A stretch of 64,000 nt of DNA from an uncultured Actinomycetes bacterium (GCA_900314685.1 OMWE01000005.1:25315-89314); one strand, 5' to 3'. Shown: positions 31,680 through 39,824, counted from the first letter of the stretch. Translations and numbers: made by a program. The notes: a model not told the origin generated them from the letters alone.

Positions 31680-31709
31680 GTGTTCCTCCTGACTAACGAT
31701 GATTCACTT

Positions 31710-31722
31710 GGGTATAATACCC
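31710..31722. promoter_or_regulatory. Possible overlapping divergent -10 elements (ssrA / GNAT gene)
   Basis: GGGTATAATACCC palindrome gives TATAAT on + and TATTAT on -; no matching -35 confirmed. Confidence 0.35.
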
Positions 31723-31825
31723 GCTACCGAGCGACGGCAGGACCGCGGCTCGGGCGTAACTTGACACTCGCATGGTGGCCCTGTGGCCCCACGACGGCAC
31801 GGATTGTGTGTCCGTCTTATCGTAT

Positions 31826-32195
31826 GGGGGCGACTGGTTTCGACAGGGTGGTTCTGAGATGGGCAGCAGGCCGTGGTCTCCTCGCCACGTAAAACAGGGG
31901 TACCGTCAAATTGAATTGACGACAACGTTTATTCTTTCGAGCCTTCCATGGCTCTCGCCGCTTAATTTAAGCCTGGCGCGTCAATCCGGGGAGTGCTCCC
32001 GGCCCCGGTGCGACGTCATCTAGGGAGACGCTCGTGCGCACGTGACTGGTATGGCGCACGCTAAGACCGAACCAGCTGGGGCGCGCGGTGTTTGTCGCTG
32101 GACATAGCGCGCCCGAGATCGACCAGTGACTGAGCCTGGAGACACCTGTCAGGGGATTGCTTTGGACCGGAGTTCGATTCTCCGCGCCTCCACCA
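31826..32195 (+). ncRNA. ssrA: tmRNA
   Basis: 5' GGGGGCGACTGGTTTCGAC pairs with 3' CGCCTCC-ACCA with the G3-U alanine wobble; T-arm GAGTTCGATTCTC; internal tag ORF. Confidence 0.97.
31918..31965 (+). other. tmRNA tag reading frame (A)DDNVYSFEPSMALAA*
   Basis: Open frame ending in ALAA-stop inside the tmRNA; resume codon inferred. Confidence 0.8.
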
Positions 32196-33639
32196 TAGGA
32201 GAAATACACGAACTAGCCCGTTTCTGGGCTAGTTCGTGTCTATGCTTTGGCGGTGTGAAATCATCGCCGTAGTAATCGAAGGCAAAAAACAGCCTTATAA
32301 CGTCACCGTCGATTTCGGCGGCGCGAATGAACATCTTCAAAATTTCTTGTGGCGTCAGATGTTCCGCCATTTCGTCAAGCCAACGCATTAGATCATCGTA
32401 GCTAGGTTTAGCCGATTCGTTGGCTTTCGCTATTTGGTACTGGGTTTCAAGGTCAGTCTTGCGTTCGCGCAATTCCTCAACCCTTTCTTTGCCACCCGGC
32501 GGCGCTATGCCGTCTTCTATGGCTTGCCAGATTCTTTCAAAGGCGTTGTCTATGCGCCGAATTTCCCCTTTTATCATTTCGCTTTCAAGCGGCGTATCGT
32601 CTTCTTGCGACGCTTCATATTGCGCCATTCCGTAGGCGATGTTTTCTCTAATTTCGGGCTGCTTCACCGCTTGGCAGACCACATCGACAATGGCATCTTC
32701 CAAAATGTCGCGCCTGAAGGTACGCCCGCACTTGTTGCACTTGTAATAGGCGTATGTCTTGCCCGTGGCGCTTGTTCCGCTGGTTCCCGACAACGTGGCA
32801 TCGCAGCAAGCGCACCAAAGCTTGCCGGTCAGCGGCCATTCTTGCGAACTGTCTATACGCCTATGCGGTTTATGGCGGCGCTTCAATATAGATATGATCA
32901 TGTCTTGTTCGGTCTTTGACCAGAGCGCCGGCATTCCGCCTTCAACGACAATGCCCGCATAAGAGTACGTTCCGCCGTTCTGTACCCTACGAAGAAGCTT
33001 GGTAGCCGTGTCTTGGTTCAGCTTCTTGCCATTGCGCGTGCGCATGGCAGAGACGCCGCGCACGACTTCCGCCATTGTTGACCCGCTAAGCAACATGTTC
33101 TTCATCTTGCGCAGCCAATAGGCTTCACGTTCGTTGATTTGGTAATAGCCGTCTACAATGTTCCAACCGTAGAGCGTGCGCCCGTTCGCCATGCACCTTT
33201 CAGCGTTCTTCTTTATGCCGTCCCTGATGCGTTCGCTATCAATGGCGCTTTCGTATTCGGCAAGAACTTCCAACATACCGAGCTGAAGAACGCCGCTGGA
33301 ACCGTCGGCGATTTCCTCACCCGCATAGAGGATTTCAACGCCCGCCTTTCGCAGCATGATACGGGCAAGCGCCATTTCGTCACGGTTGCGCATGATTCTG
33401 GTCACCTTGTATATGACCACATAATCAAACAAGCCCGTGCGGGCATCTGCCATCATGCGTTGAAATTCGGCACGATCAGCGTTGCGCCCGGTCTTGGCAT
33501 AATCCGCATAGGTGCGCACGACTTCAAGCCCGTTTTCCTTGCAATACCGTGTCGAGTTCTCAACTTGGATTTCGATTGATTCCGAGCGCTGGTTGTGCGA
33601 CGAGAAGCGGGCATATATAGCCGCGCGGTTCTTACTCAT
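32149..33639 (-). CDS. Large serine recombinase (resolvase + recombinase + zinc ribbon)
   Basis: IYARFSS nucleophile motif, YADYAKTG, CACC...CNKC zinc ribbon, coiled coil; last 15 codons overlap the tmRNA antisense. Confidence 0.93.
   Translation of the reverse strand: MSKNRAAIYARFSSHNQRSESIEIQVENSTRYCKENGLEVVRTYADYAKTGRNADRAEFQRMMADARTGLFDYVVIYKVTRIMRNRDEMALARIMLRKAGVEILYAGEEIADGSSGVLQLGMLEVLAEYESAIDSERIRDGIKKNAERCMANGRTLYGWNIVDGYYQINEREAYWLRKMKNMLLSGSTMAEVVRGVSAMRTRNGKKLNQDTATKLLRRVQNGGTYSYAGIVVEGGMPALWSKTEQDMIISILKRRHKPHRRIDSSQEWPLTGKLWCACCDATLSGTSGTSATGKTYAYYKCNKCGRTFRRDILEDAIVDVVCQAVKQPEIRENIAYGMAQYEASQEDDTPLESEMIKGEIRRIDNAFERIWQAIEDGIAPPGGKERVEELRERKTDLETQYQIAKANESAKPSYDDLMRWLDEMAEHLTPQEILKMFIRAAEIDGDVIRLFFAFDYYGDDFTPPKHRHELAQKRASSCISPMVEARRIELRSKAIP
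32206..32239 (+). terminator. 14-bp perfect hairpin immediately downstream of tmRNA (inside the recombinase CDS)
   Basis: ACACGAACTAGCCC-gtttct-GGGCTAGTTCGTGT; weak U-tract, so terminator versus att-associated role is uncertain. Confidence 0.6.
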
Positions 33640-33679
33640 GCTAAAATCACCTTACTTTGTCTGTGCGACGGACAAACAA

Positions 33680-33720
33680 GCCCTGCAACGGTTGCGCCCG
33701 TTGTGGGGCGTTTTTTATTT
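33680..33720 (+). terminator. Plus-strand intrinsic terminator between recombinase and repressor
   Basis: 12-bp stem with two G-U pairs that form only on +, followed by GTTTTTTATTT. Confidence 0.65.
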
Positions 33721-33957
33721 CTTGCTTACCTTCAACGTGTCGGTTAATCCAAGGATGAAATCAGCCGAACAACCTAACAGCTCAACCAACAAACGTATTT
33801 CCTCACCGTTTGGCGAGCGCCCGCCGCGTTCCCATCGTGAAATCGTTTGCTTGTGAACACCTATTGCCGCCGCAACTTGTTCTTGGCTCATATCAGCCGC
33901 CTTGCGTGCTATGGCGATGCGTTGCCCAATAAGGCGCTTTAGATTCTCAGATTCCAT
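33715..33957 (-). CDS. Phage repressor (XRE HTH, no S24 peptidase domain)
   Basis: MSQEQVAAAIGVHKQTISRWERG HTH; divergent from cro-like gene. Confidence 0.88.
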   Translation of the reverse strand: MESENLKRLIGQRIAIARKAADMSQEQVAAAIGVHKQTISRWERGGRSPNGEEIRLLVELLGCSADFILGLTDTLKVSKK

Positions 33958-34009
33958 AGCCGAACCCCTTTTGTGGTAACCGTTACGGATAATTGTATAC
34001 AAATAATTG

Positions 34010-34067
34010 TTGACGCGCTAGACCGTTCGGCTTAGTATCTAAACCGTAAAATAAACCAAACGGCTTA
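34010..34067 (+). promoter_or_regulatory. Early lytic promoter with two operator-like sites
   Basis: TTGACG (34010-15), 17 bp, TAGTAT (34033-38); semi-palindromes TAGACCGTTCGGCTTA (34019-34) and TAAACCAAACGGCTTA (34052-67). Confidence 0.7.
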
Positions 34068-34114
34068 CTAATGATGTAAGACGGATTACATGCCCGTGCA
34101 AAGGGGGTGAGCAT

Positions 34115-34318
34115 ATGAACAACTATCGCAAGGCGCGTGAGCAAAAGGGATACACGGCACAGGAAGCCGCAACATCACTTGGCATCTCCATTACAACGCT
34201 TTGTTCATGGGAGAACGGAAAGACCTACCCAACAGCGCAAAGGCTGATTCAGCTTTGCAAGCTTTATGAGTGCTCAGCGGATGAGTTGTTGGGAGTGCAG
34301 CAACTTAAACACGCATAA
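34115..34318 (+). CDS. Cro-like XRE HTH protein
   Basis: YTAQEAATSLGISITTLCSWENGKTYP HTH; first gene of the rightward operon. Confidence 0.88.
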   Translation: MNNYRKAREQKGYTAQEAATSLGISITTLCSWENGKTYPTAQRLIQLCKLYECSADELLGVQQLKHA

Positions 34319-34389
34319 GGCTTGCCGGTCTAGCGCGTAACCAGTGCTTAAACCACAGCTTTTCAGGAAGGAAGGAAAGGAGACGTTGA

Positions 34390-34797
34390 ATGAAAACCGC
34401 TACGAAAACCATTGGTATAAGCAGAGGTTTAACCAATGATTATAACGTTCGACGTAGACCGACGCCGCGAACATCAAGACGCGACGCAGAAGGCTTTCTT
34501 TCACAGCCTTACGGACGCTATGAATTGCGGGAAAAAAGAAGCAAGCGCACGGCTGCAACCCGCACGCTTGCACGTCAAAAACGCGCCACGCGATTTGACG
34601 AACCCATTATAACGCGGCAAAACCTGAAGAAGTGTGCCTTGTACCTTCTTGCCGCGCTTACCTTGTCTGGAATTCTGCCTATGGCTGTTGCTGGGTTCCA
34701 AACATGGCTAATGGACGTTTACGGCAACTTGGCGTTCCTCGCGTGCCTAGGCGCTGATGCGGCTGTGATTTACGGGCTGGTGCACCATGACCGATAA
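34390..34797 (+). CDS. Phage hypothetical membrane protein
   Basis: RBS AGGAG; two C-terminal hydrophobic segments; coupled to next gene. Confidence 0.6.
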   Translation: MKTATKTIGISRGLTNDYNVRRRPTPRTSRRDAEGFLSQPYGRYELREKRSKRTAATRTLARQKRATRFDEPIITRQNLKKCALYLLAALTLSGILPMAVAGFQTWLMDVYGNLAFLACLGADAAVIYGLVHHDR

Positions 34798-35242
34798 GGA
34801 GACCGACGCGCCCGCAATCAACGTCGATGACTTCACGCAGCCGATAGAAGCTGTTGTGGCGCAGGAACGTACCGCCACGTATCCGGTACCGCTCAAAGCC
34901 AAAAGCTACGTTGGTCTGTTCATGTCATGGCTCAAAGCCAACCCGAAGGCGGCGCATGAGATTGAAATAGTGGCGCTTGGAATCGACGCACGCGGGCTGA
35001 CCGTATCGACCAAGTACCTAATCGAGCGGCAACGCTACGAAGGGCGCTCAAAGCTTGTTGCAGTGCCTTACGTAGACCAATACGGCGTTGAACACGACTA
35101 CTGCATCAACAACACCGTAACGCCGCTATTGGCACGTTGGCTGCTTTCGCTGCACCCAAAGATGCGGATTGAAAAGCGCAAGTCAATGTTTGATGACCTC
35201 GAACAGGAGATAGCAGAATGCCTAGGAAATCAGAAGAGATAG
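34787..35242 (+). CDS. Phage hypothetical protein
   Basis: Overlapping start/stop in a co-oriented operon. Confidence 0.6.
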   Translation: MTDKETDAPAINVDDFTQPIEAVVAQERTATYPVPLKAKSYVGLFMSWLKANPKAAHEIEIVALGIDARGLTVSTKYLIERQRYEGRSKLVAVPYVDQYGVEHDYCINNTVTPLLARWLLSLHPKMRIEKRKSMFDDLEQEIAECLGNQKR

Positions 35243-35517
35243 CACGCCGAATCGATGTTCTTTTCGACTTTGCGGACGGTGTCGAATGCACTATCGAGCT
35301 AAGGAACATGGGCACCGGCGAGACTGTTACGCCGGATGCTAAGGCCGTAAAGGCTGGACTTCTCGCGGGCTTAGCCGCTGCAAGCATCATTGCATATGAC
35401 GTTATGAACGGCGAAGAGACGCCGATTGAAGAGACGTACAAGTCCACGGTGGGCTTGGCTGGCAAGTCCTACATCGAAATGATGTTGCAAGAATCGTGCG
35501 TGGTGGATCATGGCTAG
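35218..35517 (+). CDS. Phage hypothetical protein
   Basis: RBS AGGAG; overlaps neighbours. Confidence 0.55.
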   Translation: MPRKSEEIARRIDVLFDFADGVECTIELRNMGTGETVTPDAKAVKAGLLAGLAAASIIAYDVMNGEETPIEETYKSTVGLAGKSYIEMMLQESCVVDHG

Positions 35518-35953
35518 CGCAGCGACCGACGCCGTGGCGGCGCTTGCCGAAAAGCCAATGAAGTTCTTTCCCCACGATTCCAACGCTTCAGCAGACATTA
35601 AATGCCAACGCCTTATTCGGCGCATGGGTTATGAGGGCTACGGGCGTTGGTGGCGATTGTGCGAGCACCTAGCGGCTATCGACGGGCACGCGGTGCCCTT
35701 CAAGACGGACGAAGACAAGCTGATTCTAGGCGGCGTCTTGGGGTTCGACCACAACAGCTTCGAAGAAATGATAACCATCGAGGAAACCACAGCTTTTATT
35801 AACGGTTTGCTCGAAATCGGACTGGTTCAGCAGTCAGACGCCGGCGAAATCTACAGCGAACGCATGTTTGAAAACTCACGCTACTTTGGGCGCAAACGCG
35901 CAGCTGGGCGCATGGGCGGAAGACCTAGGAAGAGCGACGGACAAGAAGAGTAG
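35510..35953 (+). CDS. DUF4373/Lin1244-like replication-initiator N-terminal domain protein
   Basis: FFPHDSNASADIK...GYEGYGRWWRLCEHL and RAAGRMGGRPRK, typical of phage replisome-organizer N-termini. Confidence 0.7.
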   Translation: MASAATDAVAALAEKPMKFFPHDSNASADIKCQRLIRRMGYEGYGRWWRLCEHLAAIDGHAVPFKTDEDKLILGGVLGFDHNSFEEMITIEETTAFINGLLEIGLVQQSDAGEIYSERMFENSRYFGRKRAAGRMGGRPRKSDGQEE

Positions 35954-36027
35954 ACGAACCGAGAGCAAGGGAGAAAGCGCCATGAAAACCATTGCTAAAG
36001 CTTTGGTATCCGGTCTGTTTAAGCAAT

Positions 36028-36180
36028 TAAACAAAACAAAACAAGACTAGACGCTTTGGTTTGGTTCATAAACCAAACCAAACCAAAGCGTCGTGCTTGT
36101 TAGTCAACGTAACAAGCAAGTCTTTCTTCCTTGCTTCTTCCTTCTTTGGATTCCACAGAGTTTTCAACAGGTTTTCAACA
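36028..36180. other. Candidate phage replication origin
   Basis: AAAAC repeats, perfect 17-bp IR (36050-66/36076-92), 9-bp IR (36094-102/36110-118), tandem GTTTTCAACA; directly after the initiator-like gene. Confidence 0.5.
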
Positions 36181-36199
36181 ATCGCAAAGGAGCGATGAA

Positions 36200-36652
36200 A
36201 TGATTGATTCAACCAAGCTGACGCGCGACCAATGCCGCAAAGCCTTTGGCGACAACCTCACCTATCGAGACGTGACGCCAAACGACGTTCGAGCGCTTCA
36301 GGGCTTCTTGTGCATCGAGTACGCACGGCATGAGCGCAACGGCAATCACATGGAGATGCAGCCTTCCTACCGCAAGAAGACCGAGCCGCAAATCACCGTA
36401 TCGGAGAAGACGGGCAGAAGCATTCAAAGCGCCTTCTTGTTCGTGTCCGGCTTCTACTTCCACGGAAGGGAAGCAATCAGCTTCAACGAAGACGGCTATA
36501 TCGGCTTTGCCGGCTGGGCTGATGACACGAACATACAGCCATTCTTGCGTGCCTTTATGCGGTGGCTTGTCGAGTGGATGGGCATCAGGCGCGTTGCCTA
36601 TCGTTCGGCTTCCGCAAACGCCCTTGCTTCCGGTCTTGCGCCGGCTTGCTAG
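36200..36652 (+). CDS. Phage hypothetical protein
   Basis: ATG 36200 behind AAGGAG. Confidence 0.65.
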   Translation: MIDSTKLTRDQCRKAFGDNLTYRDVTPNDVRALQGFLCIEYARHERNGNHMEMQPSYRKKTEPQITVSEKTGRSIQSAFLFVSGFYFHGREAISFNEDGYIGFAGWADDTNIQPFLRAFMRWLVEWMGIRRVAYRSASANALASGLAPAC

Positions 36653-36664
36653 GGGGCGGACGCG

Positions 36665-36970
36665 ATGACTGCTGATTTCAGGATGCCGAACTACCAGACG
36701 CGCGAGGGCTTCATCGAGACGATCAGGCAAGCGGGCGAGTACATCGCAGACCATGCCGAGAACCTTCTTGGGGAGTACCCATCGCTTCTAAGCGAGATGG
36801 ATATAACGGCGCGGTTCCGCTTTGACGAAGTGCCGACTATCGAGGTTCGCCGCAAACATCTCACTTGCACGAAAGAGCAATACGCGGATTTGACTAGACG
36901 CAATGAGAAGCCTTTAGAGCGCCGCAATTCGCAAAACGGGACAGATGCCCACAAAGGGGTGGAAAAGTAG
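36665..36970 (+). CDS. Phage hypothetical protein
   Basis: RBS-like GGGGCGG; co-oriented. Confidence 0.55.
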   Translation: MTADFRMPNYQTREGFIETIRQAGEYIADHAENLLGEYPSLLSEMDITARFRFDEVPTIEVRRKHLTCTKEQYADLTRRNEKPLERRNSQNGTDAHKGVEK

Positions 36971-37030
36971 CGCAGAAACGAATCTGGGCGGCAATGCGGG
37001 CATTTCTGACACTTAAGGAGTGAGCGTAAT

Positions 37031-37444
37031 TTGAAGAACAAAAGTGACTATCGCGACGTGTGCGGAATCATGGAGAGCAGGGACGGAACGAGCATCGAAG
37101 AGATAGTGGGCGAATGGCTGAGGGCTAACCACTATGACGGGCTTTGCAACCCTGATGCCGAATGCGGCTGTTCGCTTGATGACCTGATGCCGTGCTGCGA
37201 GCCTAACCCGTCGGGGTGCTTGTGCGGCTATGAGGTTCCGGCACACGATGGCACCGATGACCAATGGTTCAGCGTGAGCAGCGACGAGCAGAACGAGCCT
37301 TCAGACACGTTGGAGAACGCCACACGCGACCTTTACGCGTTTGCTGACGAAGCAATCAACACGGGACACCATACCAAGCCGAAAGCGGCGCTAGAGGGCT
37401 TCAGAATCCGCCTTGCCGCGTTGGGAGTGAACGTCGATGAATGA
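37031..37444 (+). CDS. Phage hypothetical protein with Cys-rich motif
   Basis: RBS AAGGAG; CNPDAECGCSLDDLMPCCEPNPSGCLCG. Confidence 0.6.
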   Translation: MKNKSDYRDVCGIMESRDGTSIEEIVGEWLRANHYDGLCNPDAECGCSLDDLMPCCEPNPSGCLCGYEVPAHDGTDDQWFSVSSDEQNEPSDTLENATRDLYAFADEAINTGHHTKPKAALEGFRIRLAALGVNVDE

Positions 37445-37666
37445 TGCGGAAGACGCCCTGAAGCTGTTTGAGTTCGTGCTCCTCACTCTTGCCGGTACGC
37501 CTTTCGTTTCGCTGTGGGTGATGACCGATGAACGCCCATGACGAAGCGACACCGCAAGAGCTGTTCAAAAGCTGGGGCGGAAGCGTCGAGCTGAAAGTCA
37601 CGTTCGTTAACAAACCATTGCTAAAAGCACTGGTTAAAGAGAGCAAGAGAAGGAAGGAACAAGCAA

Positions 37667-37960
37667 ATGAGCGGACAAGAGAATCAGAGTACGAACGTTA
37701 TTTCTCACCCAAGCCATTACGCAAGCGGCGGCATTGAGTGCAAGGACGCCATGAAGGCGGCAATGAGCTATAGCAAATTTTTATTTGTAGATCCTGACAT
37801 GGCGACTTCAGCGAAACGTTTTATATCGCCGGCGGCGTTCTACTGGTGGGGTTGCGCCTTCAAATACCTTTGGCGCTGGGACAAGAAGAACGGCGTCGAG
37901 GACTTGCAGAAGTGCAAGCAGTGCATCGACTTTCTTATCGAAGAAATAGGCAAGGAATGA
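37667..37960 (+). CDS. DUF3310 family phage protein
   Basis: VISHPSHYASGGIECKDAM...GCAFKYLWRWDKKNGVEDLQKCKQCIDFLI pattern. Confidence 0.85.
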   Translation: MSGQENQSTNVISHPSHYASGGIECKDAMKAAMSYSKFLFVDPDMATSAKRFISPAAFYWWGCAFKYLWRWDKKNGVEDLQKCKQCIDFLIEEIGKE

Positions 37961-38091
37961 GCCGCAAAGGAGCAATCGCGGTTGTGATTGCCTCCGCATT
38001 TGCCTTGCTTCTTGTCTGGTTGGCAATCGAGCAATTAAGGCTATTCGTTTTCGCAATCGCTTTCGCGGTTGCAGCCGTCACAACGTTTTAG
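37957..38091 (+). CDS. Small hydrophobic phage protein
   Basis: ATGA overlap with DUF3310 gene; 44 aa, almost all hydrophobic. Confidence 0.5.
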   Translation: MSRKGAIAVVIASAFALLLVWLAIEQLRLFVFAIAFAVAAVTTF

Positions 38092-38100
38092 GGGTGTTCC

Positions 38101-38322
38101 ATGAACTCGAAGAGCATTAACAACAACTTGTCATACCACGCGCCAAGCCAAGACCAAATCGAGCTTTACGAGGAAATCAGGTCACAAGCCAAGGGCTTTG
38201 CGCTAACCATCCTGAAGGATTGCCCGGAAAGCCGCGAGCGTTCGTTGGCGAACACGAAGCTTGAAGAATGCGTCATGTGGGCTAACGCGGCGATAGCACG
38301 CAACAACGGTGATCAGAAATGA
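38101..38322 (+). CDS. Acb2/Tad1-like hairpin-domain protein (candidate anti-defence sponge)
   Basis: YHAP...YEEIR...CPESRERSLANTKLEECVMWANAAIAR; the helix resembles the Tad1-family RE-x-x-x-A-x-TKLEE-x-x-x-W motif. Confidence 0.6.
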   Translation: MNSKSINNNLSYHAPSQDQIELYEEIRSQAKGFALTILKDCPESRERSLANTKLEECVMWANAAIARNNGDQK

Positions 38323-38501
38323 ACCGTGGGTGCTTAGCAATCGTGCTGCTTTTCGTTGCAGTTCCTATCGGCGTTGGAATCGGCGTCGGCATCTTCAACG
38401 GCGTTTGGTTTGGGCTGCTTGCCTATGTGCTGACGTGCCTTGTCTCGTTCCTTGTGACGGCATACGCAATCGGGAAGGCTGTTAAAAATGGCTGGCGTTA
38501 A
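38319..38501 (+). CDS. Small membrane protein
   Basis: Two hydrophobic segments; ATGA overlap. Confidence 0.55.
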   Translation: MNRGCLAIVLLFVAVPIGVGIGVGIFNGVWFGLLAYVLTCLVSFLVTAYAIGKAVKNGWR

Positions 38502-39705
38502 GGTCAAGTGGGACGCAAGGCGCGGCGTCTGGGTTGCGCGTCTGTTCATCGGGCGAACCGATGACGGAAAGAAGGTCGAGAAGCAACGAGACCTTCCGAC
38601 AGCAGAGACGGAAGAACAGGCTATCAAGCTTGCGGAAGCGTGGAAGTCTGACCTAACCGCCAACGGTCTTCTCGATAGCGCCTTGCTTGCCGACCTGCTT
38701 AACGGGTTCATAGACATGCGTTTCCGTAACGGCTATTCGCCAAACAGCGTTCGTGCCTACAGAAGGTTTGCAAGATACGTTGCCAAATACCTTCCGAGCG
38801 TCAACGCACGCGACGTAAGCAGCTTTGATTTATCGCGATTTGAGCAAAGGTTGCTCACGCCGAAGGACGCCGGCGGGCAAGGCTTGTCGCAAAACAGCGT
38901 GCGCGGCGTGCATGACTTCCTTAACGCCGCATTCACCTTCTTTGTGAGGATGAAGGTTTGCGATTCAAACCCGCTGCTAAGCGTCGATAAGCCGAAGCTT
39001 GTTCACCACGAAGCGCAAGCGCTGAACATAGGCGATTTCAGGGCGATTGAAGCACAGCTTAAAGCATTGCTTAAACCTTCAACTATAGACGCGCACACGT
39101 ACAGAAATGCAATGAACGCGTTTGCCGCTTGGATGGCGCTTGCAACCGGGATGCGTTGCGGCGAGGTATGCGCCGTGCGCAACCGCGACTATTCCAAGGA
39201 GAAGCAAGAGAACAAGAAGCCGCAAATCCTTGTCGGCGGCACCGTGATTGAAGAGACGGGCAAGAAGCCGTATAGGCGCGACGTTACGAAGGGACGCAGA
39301 TCAAGACCGGTAAGCCTTAGCAAATCGGACATCGAGACGATAGACGGCTTCATAAGGCTTAGAACGTCGTTCTGTGGCGAGCTTCCGCAAGACGCGCCGC
39401 TTGTGACGTTCGACGGCGGCTATTGCAGACCGACAGCCATTTCAAAGGCATTCAAGCGCCTTGCCACTAACACAGCCATGCCGAAGGGCTTCACGTTCCA
39501 CGATCTGAGACATACGCACGCGACATGGCTACTAACGCATGGCGTTGATATTCAAACCGTTTCCGAGCGCTTGGGGCATAGGGACGTGGCAACCACGTTG
39601 CGAATCTATGCGCACGTGTTGCCGGGGCGCGACGAGTACGCCGCGACGGTGTTTGAAAAAGCCGTCAACGATGCGATGGCAAGCGCTGAAAGTGTGTCGG
39701 AATGA
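38488..39705 (+). CDS. Tyrosine recombinase/integrase
   Basis: TGMRCGEV (R), FHDLRH (HxxR), LGH, IYAH (Y); SAM-like core and N-terminal arm-binding-like domain. Confidence 0.93.
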   Translation: MAGVKVKWDARRGVWVARLFIGRTDDGKKVEKQRDLPTAETEEQAIKLAEAWKSDLTANGLLDSALLADLLNGFIDMRFRNGYSPNSVRAYRRFARYVAKYLPSVNARDVSSFDLSRFEQRLLTPKDAGGQGLSQNSVRGVHDFLNAAFTFFVRMKVCDSNPLLSVDKPKLVHHEAQALNIGDFRAIEAQLKALLKPSTIDAHTYRNAMNAFAAWMALATGMRCGEVCAVRNRDYSKEKQENKKPQILVGGTVIEETGKKPYRRDVTKGRRSRPVSLSKSDIETIDGFIRLRTSFCGELPQDAPLVTFDGGYCRPTAISKAFKRLATNTAMPKGFTFHDLRHTHATWLLTHGVDIQTVSERLGHRDVATTLRIYAHVLPGRDEYAATVFEKAVNDAMASAESVSE

Positions 39706-39824
39706 AGTCGTTATGGCGCTTTTCAGCGCATGGCAGGGAGCCACCGTTAACGCGCAGGTGCGACACGGAAAACGCGCCGCCATAAAAGGGCTAGTGGCAG
39801 ATAAGAAGTAATTATCAGGAAGAC

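Noticed and set aside
29400-31892. 830-aa plus-strand ORF
   Set aside because: Lies antisense to rplE, the oxidoreductase and the GNAT gene and runs into the tmRNA; no motifs; GC-rich shadow frame
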